Translations under genes and position numbers: made by a program
NCBI GenBank assembly: GCA_963786105.1
Contig: CAWAXX010000017.1
Location: 64,001 to 128,000, forward strand
Direction of reading: 5' to 3'
DNA: 64,000 bases
From: Vulcanimicrobiota bacterium
Lineage (GTDB): Bacteria > Vulcanimicrobiota > Vulcanimicrobiia > Vulcanimicrobiales > Vulcanimicrobiaceae
Notes under the pieces: generated by a model
What the model was told of the DNA's origin: nothing
Seen by the model: only the letters and a program-made list of their open reading frames with translations
Databases searched by the model: none
Shown: positions 59,456 through 64,000 of the stretch, piece after piece
How the letters are laid out: each line of letters starts with the position of its first letter
Position numbering within the stretch: position 1 is the stretch's first letter

Positions 59456-60592
59456 ATGCTCGCCTTCGATCGTTTTGCCGAAGCCATCGGTGACCGGCTC
59501 GATCGCGACGCCTACGTTCCGTTGCTCGCCTTTCGCGTCCCCGAATTCGAGCAGGTTGCCTGGAATATCGGACGCCGGGATGCGCGCGGCCTCGAACGGC
59601 GCACCGTCGTAGCGTTCGCCGCTGCGGCGCGGCACATTCTGCGGCACGACGATCTGTTGGCGCATGAAGACGGCAGCGACCGGTTTGCAGTGGCGCTGAT
59701 GTCGCCGTCTCGCGACGGCCATCCACCCGAGTCGAACGAGGTCCGCGGCGCGCTCGGGCGGATCGCCGAGGCACTAACTCGCTCAACCGGGCGCCGCTTG
59801 GAAACGGGTTGGTGGCCGGTAGAGCGGCGCGCCGAAGTCGAGGCGCTCGCGGCCACGATCGATGCGGCACTCGAGCGGGGCGCGCGCGAACGGCAGCATG
59901 GCGAAATGCTGGCGACGGTGGGCCACGAGCTGCGAACCCCGCTGACGTCGATTCGCGGCTATATCGAGACGTTGCTCGACGGCGATCTCGACGCCGCGAC
60001 GGCCCGCCGGTTTCTCGAGACCGCGCGGCGCGAAGCCTTACGCCTGGGACGCCTGGTCGACGGGATGCTGGAGTTCTCGTTGCTCGATCTTTCGGCGCGA
60101 GGACGTAACGCGCGTTGCGACGTCGTCGAGCAAGCGCGAGCCGCAATCGACGCCGCGGTTCCGCTCGCGCGCGTTCGGCGCGTCGCGATTCGGGCTCGGC
60201 TTCCGGCAACGGCACCGGCTCGTATCGACGGCGACGCCTGCATGCACGCGCTCGTTAACCTGGTCGAAAACGGTGTGAAGTATTGTGGGGATGACGGCAC
60301 CGTCGAGGTTTCGTGCGCGTGCGACAAGCGATTCATCATCGTAACCGTCGACGACGACGGTCCTGGCGTAGCACCGTTCGAACGCGACACGATCTTCGAT
60401 TTGGGGATCCGCGGCAATTCCGCAGGCCGGTCGGGAACCGGCATCGGCCTCGCCGTCGTGAAAGCGATCGCCGATCGAGCGGGAGGCGACGTGCGGGCGG
60501 CGCCATCGCCGCTCGGAGGCGCGCGCTTCGTCCTTCGCCTTCCAACCCTTCCCGAAGCCGGCACGGACGAGCCGGCCGCTGCGAGAAGATGA
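59456..60592 (+). CDS. Soluble sensor histidine kinase with degenerate GGDEF-like input domain
   Basis: HELRTPL, NLVENGVKY, DDDGPG, GTGIGL; no TM segment. Confidence 0.88.
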   Translation: MLAFDRFAEAIGDRLDRDAYVPLLAFRVPEFEQVAWNIGRRDARGLERRTVVAFAAAARHILRHDDLLAHEDGSDRFAVALMSPSRDGHPPESNEVRGALGRIAEALTRSTGRRLETGWWPVERRAEVEALAATIDAALERGARERQHGEMLATVGHELRTPLTSIRGYIETLLDGDLDAATARRFLETARREALRLGRLVDGMLEFSLLDLSARGRNARCDVVEQARAAIDAAVPLARVRRVAIRARLPATAPARIDGDACMHALVNLVENGVKYCGDDGTVEVSCACDKRFIIVTVDDDGPGVAPFERDTIFDLGIRGNSAGRSGTGIGLAVVKAIADRAGGDVRAAPSPLGGARFVLRLPTLPEAGTDEPAAARR

Positions 60593-61509
60593 CGACGGCG
60601 CTCGGCGAAGGCTCGATCATGATACGGATACCGGGCGGCACGTTTAGCATGGGATCCGATCGGTTCTATCCTGAAGAAGCGCCTGTCCGTAACGTCGACG
60701 TCGAGAGTTTCTCGATCGACGCGCACACGGTTACGAACGAAGAGTTTTCGAAGTTCGTGCGCAAGACCGGATACGTGACCGTCGCCGAGCGCGCGCTCGA
60801 TCCAGCCGATTTTCCCGGCGCCCCAATCGAGAATCTCGTTCCCGGCGCACTGGTCTTTCACATGACGGCAGGACCGGTGGATTTGCGCGACTACTCACAA
60901 TGGTGGTCGTGGGTTCCGGGCGCATCGTGGAAACATCCTGAAGGACCAGGCAGCTCGGTGAAGGCGCGACCCGATCATCCGGTCGTGCACGTCGCGTTCG
61001 AAGACGCCGAAGCGTACGCGCGGTGGGCAGGCAAGCGTCTTCCGACCGAAGCCGAGTGGGAGTTTGCGGCGCGCGGCGGTCTCGACGCGAGAGACTTCGT
61101 CTGGGGCGATGAGATGGAACCCGGTGGAAAACCCTTTGCGAACACGTGGCAGGGTGAGTTCCCGTGGCAGAATCTTGGCACCGACGGTTACGAGAGAACG
61201 GCGCCGGTTGGACGCTTTCCGCCTAACGGATACGGGCTCTACGATATGGCCGGCAACGTCTGGGAGTGGACGACCGACTGGTATACCCGCGACCGAAGTA
61301 TCGTGCAGTCACCGTGCTGCGCGGGCGACGCGCGCGAAGGCAGCTACGACCCTTGTCAGCCCGGAACCCGCATTCCGCGCAAGGTCCTCAAGGGTGGATC
61401 GTTCTTATGTGCGCCGAGCTACTGCTTGCGTTTTCGCCCGGCGGCGCGTTCGCCGCAGGCGATCGATACCGGCATGTCGCACCTCGGCTTTCGCTGCGTC
61501 GGCGACTAG
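60589..61509 (+). CDS. Formylglycine-generating enzyme (sulfatase-modifying factor)
   Basis: F.MGSD, RLPTEAEWE, GNVWEW, KGGSFLCAPSYC.R.RPAAR, GFRC. Confidence 0.9.
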   Translation: MTTALGEGSIMIRIPGGTFSMGSDRFYPEEAPVRNVDVESFSIDAHTVTNEEFSKFVRKTGYVTVAERALDPADFPGAPIENLVPGALVFHMTAGPVDLRDYSQWWSWVPGASWKHPEGPGSSVKARPDHPVVHVAFEDAEAYARWAGKRLPTEAEWEFAARGGLDARDFVWGDEMEPGGKPFANTWQGEFPWQNLGTDGYERTAPVGRFPPNGYGLYDMAGNVWEWTTDWYTRDRSIVQSPCCAGDAREGSYDPCQPGTRIPRKVLKGGSFLCAPSYCLRFRPAARSPQAIDTGMSHLGFRCVGD

Positions 61510-61605
61510 TGCCGCACGGTAGCGAAAATTTCGGGCCTGCGTTTTTCGGATAGGCCACTCGAGGTCGCGCCTTTACAATCCAGCGTGGAGGATCCTTATC
61601 TTAAA

Positions 61606-62517
61606 ATGAAGCGCCGATTTTCGCTCCTGTCGATCGTTGTTTTTGGCCTGGCCGCTGCTACGGCTACTGCTCGCGCTCAAGAGCCGCCGGCGCCGGAAAC
61701 GACGCCGGCACCCGTCGCCGCGCCGGCGCCCGAGCATCCAACGCTCATGGATCAGGCCTACGATGGAAAGCTGCACGTCACGCTCGCGCCGTACGCCTGG
61801 CTTCCAACCGTTAAGACGAACCTGCAGTATACGATCCCAACGCTCCCGCATCGCCCGGGCGGCATCGTTCAGAGCAACGTGCAAGTCGGGCCGAGCGATT
61901 ACGCTTCGAAGATCAACTCCGCGGCCATGTTTGCGTTCGATGCGCGTATGGGCGCCGCGACCTTCTTCGGCGACTACATCTACAGCAACGTTTCCACGAA
62001 CGCGACCGTCGTTTCGTCGATTACCGGTCCGTTAGGCCACGTCTCCATCCCGGTTACGTTTACGACCAACGCGCGTCTGGCGGATTCCATTTGGGAACTT
62101 GCCGCCGGCTTCTCGATCGCGCACGGTCACGACGCCGACCTCAACGCGTTCGTGGGCTGGCGCCAGTTTCCAACGAATCTGACGTTAGCGTACAATGCCA
62201 CCATCGGGAAAAGGGGAATCATTAACCCATCGGGGACCGTCGTCAGCCATCAGCTTGCTAACGACGTGATCTTCGGGTTGCGAGGTAAGGCCTTTTTCGG
62301 CGACGGCCGCTGGTTCGTACCGTACTACATCGATGCGGGCGACGGCGCGAACAATCAGACGTGGGAAGGCTACACCGGAGCGGGCTACGCGTTCAACCAC
62401 GGCCAAACGATCCTCTTAGCGTACCGCAGCCTCAACTACTACGGTTTCCCGGCTGGTTCGTTGGTACAAAAGCTGACTATGGGCGGACCGCTTCTCGGAT
62501 ATACGTTCCAGCTATGA
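61606..62517 (+). CDS. Outer-membrane beta-barrel-like protein
   Basis: Signal peptide, APYAWLP, C-terminal GPLLGYTFQL. Confidence 0.65.
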   Translation: MKRRFSLLSIVVFGLAAATATARAQEPPAPETTPAPVAAPAPEHPTLMDQAYDGKLHVTLAPYAWLPTVKTNLQYTIPTLPHRPGGIVQSNVQVGPSDYASKINSAAMFAFDARMGAATFFGDYIYSNVSTNATVVSSITGPLGHVSIPVTFTTNARLADSIWELAAGFSIAHGHDADLNAFVGWRQFPTNLTLAYNATIGKRGIINPSGTVVSHQLANDVIFGLRGKAFFGDGRWFVPYYIDAGDGANNQTWEGYTGAGYAFNHGQTILLAYRSLNYYGFPAGSLVQKLTMGGPLLGYTFQL

Positions 62518-62817
62518 GCCCGCAGCCGTAAGCTTGCGTACGCGCGACTTGTGGCGGCGGACGGCAAGCAGCCACGCCCCGAGTGAAAGGGCGACAATGA
62601 GGACTTCCCACTCAACGTAGCGAGGCACGAGCTGCCGCCTGCGCTGTACGGTCATTCGTTCCCACTGCTGTGTTGAAAAGCCGGGGTTGCTGGCGTTCAT
62701 GGCCTGCCGATATTCGTAGAGATCGAAGAGCGAGCAGACCACCGCGAAGATCACGATGATCCAGCCGACGATCTTGAGCCGCGCGTACTCCCTGCGCAGC
62801 ATCTCTTTGCCTTGCAT
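62512..62817 (-). CDS. Hypothetical two-TM membrane protein
   Basis: Two hydrophobic helices; the track start at 62859 crosses the IS junction, so the real start is downstream. Confidence 0.5.
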   Translation of the reverse strand: MQGKEMLRREYARLKIVGWIIVIFAVVCSLFDLYEYRQAMNASNPGFSTQQWERMTVQRRRQLVPRYVEWEVLIVALSLGAWLLAVRRHKSRVRKLTAAGS

Positions 62818-62858
62818 GCGTCCTGACTTTTCGTGCAAGTGCCGCTGTGTCATCCTCA

Positions 62859-62864
62859 TATCAT
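62859..62864 (+). promoter_or_regulatory. -10 box TATCAT of IS circle-junction promoter
   Basis: 2 nt inside the core and 5 nt before the first hairpin of the bridge RNA. Confidence 0.6.
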
Positions 62865-62869
62865 GAGAG

Positions 62870-63044
62870 GTAGGGGATAGCTTTAAAGACTATCCCCTAC
62901 GCGGTGTCAGAGCGCCGTTGTCAGCCTTGGGCCGTTGAGCCCGCCGCTCAGATCGGCGCTCGCACCAACTTTCCTAGCGAACCAGATCGAACGGTATCGT
63001 GGGTCGCTGAACCCGAATGTATGAGGTCGATCACCGGTTCGCTA
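62870..63044 (+). ncRNA. Bridge RNA (5' hairpin, target-binding loop, donor-binding loop)
   Basis: Three readable stem systems; guides match the REP target and the element's own left end. Confidence 0.85.
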
Positions 63045-63069
63045 CATCGTTGGAAGGGAGATTTCCTCG

Positions 63070-64000
63070 GTGGACGTGCTTGGGATCGACGTTTCAAAGG
63101 CCGACTTTCATGCCTGCTTGATTCAGGGGTCGAAGCGCAGCCGCAAAAGCTTCCCCAACGCCGTTGCCGGATACCGGCAGCTGCGCAGCTGGATGAAGAA
63201 TCGGCAGACCTCCAAGGTACACGCGTGCATGGAGGCGACCGGTGCCTACTGGATGGGCTTGGCAACGGCCCTCTACGATGCCGGCTTGGTCGTCAGTGTG
63301 GTCAATCCAAACCGCACGGTGATGTTCGCACGCAGCCAGTTGCTGCGCACGAAGACCGACCAAGTCGACGCGGAGATGATTGCGGAGTTTTGTAAAACGC
63401 AAAAGCCAACTCCGTGGAGTCCTCCGCCAGCGGAAATCCTTGAACTCCGCGGGCTTTTAAGCTATCGCCACCATCTGGTGAAGGAGAAACTTCGCCTGCG
63501 GCAAGTCGCCAGCCAGATTTATGTTGGCCGCGAGCTCAAGAAGTTGCACGCTCAACAGCTGAAAACCCACGAGCAAACCATCGCCGCTCTCGAGCGCCAA
63601 CTGCGCTCGTTCTTAAAGACCCACCAAGCTCTGTCCAAGGCCGTTGACCGCTTGACCGCCGTTTCCGGTATTGGATTGCTGACGGCTCTAGCGATCGTGG
63701 CCAAGCTTCCCGTGGATCGGTTACGCGATGGGAAGGCCGCAGCAGCGTATATTGGCGTTACCCCCAGCGAGCGGCAATCGGGGACGTCGGTGCACGGAAA
63801 ACCACGGATTTGCAAAACCGGCAACGGCAGCTTGCGCCGGGACCTCTACATGCCTGCAGCTGTCGCTATGCGACATAACCCGATCCTCAAGTCTTTTTCC
63901 GAGCGTTTGAAGGCAACGGGCAAACCACCCAAGGTTATCCTCATTGCCGTCATGCGCAAGCTCATCGTTCTCGCCTTCAGCATCCTAAAGCGTGGGCTCA
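63070..64000 (+). CDS. IS110 recombinase/transposase (RuvC-like DEDD + Tnp domain), 3'-truncated by window
   Basis: GTG after GGAAGGGAG; GIDVSK (D7), MEATG (E55), KTDQVDA (D97/D100), GIG, P..RQSG (S237), K.GN..LR, MRKL; 310 codons with no stop. Confidence 0.95.
   Translation, partial: MDVLGIDVSKADFHACLIQGSKRSRKSFPNAVAGYRQLRSWMKNRQTSKVHACMEATGAYWMGLATALYDAGLVVSVVNPNRTVMFARSQLLRTKTDQVDAEMIAEFCKTQKPTPWSPPPAEILELRGLLSYRHHLVKEKLRLRQVASQIYVGRELKKLHAQQLKTHEQTIAALERQLRSFLKTHQALSKAVDRLTAVSGIGLLTALAIVAKLPVDRLRDGKAAAAYIGVTPSERQSGTSVHGKPRICKTGNGSLRRDLYMPAAVAMRHNPILKSFSERLKATGKPPKVILIAVMRKLIVLAFSILKRGL

Larger units (their letters stand above)
62855..64000 (+). mobile_element. IS110 family (IS621-like) insertion sequence, right end outside window
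   Basis: CT core at 62855-56, about 215-bp non-coding left end, DEDD recombinase CDS. Confidence 0.9.

Noticed and set aside
62904..63910. Track ORFs 62904..63395, 62948..63265, 63094..63402, 63552..63824, 63728..63910
   Set aside because: Off-frame or antisense to the bridge RNA and IS110 recombinase

Overview
GC-rich bacterial chromosomal window. The gene style (expanded secreted lipoprotein beta-propellers, tandem phosphoesterases, orphan family-5 solute-binding protein, TonB receptor with an N-terminal carboxypeptidase-regulatory domain) resembles Eremiobacterota/Vulcanimicrobiota (WPS-2); this taxonomy is inference. Left to right: (1) 1-8.6 kb, secreted hypotheticals and redox-repair genes (ygiD, msrB, omega-GST, GAF/fRMsr). 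(2) 7-19.6 kb, a minus-strand locus: STAND-LuxR regulator, TonB receptor, S9 peptidase, cyanophycinase-like peptidase, asparaginase II, GAF and D-amino-acid oxidase, with a dense cluster of frameshifts at 9.5-11 kb. (3) 19.7-29.7 kb, three phosphoesterases, two propeller lipoproteins, a multicopper oxidase and an ABC binding protein. (4) About 29.7-43 kb, an accessory region with several pseudogenes, ending at tRNA-Arg(CCT) with duplicated att-like sequences. (5) Core rpmG-tRNA-Trp-secE-nusG-rplKAJL. (6) hppA, ftsY-recA-recX, a two-component pair and an FGE gene. (7) At the right edge, an IS110/IS621-like DEDD recombinase that the ORF track misses because it runs off the window. The standout result is that the 200 bp upstream of this recombinase reads as a complete bridge RNA. 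Its target-binding guides match a host REP-like repeat (TGTCATC-CT-GAGCGG) present twice elsewhere in the window, the element sits at the CT core of such a site, and its donor guide matches the element's own left end.
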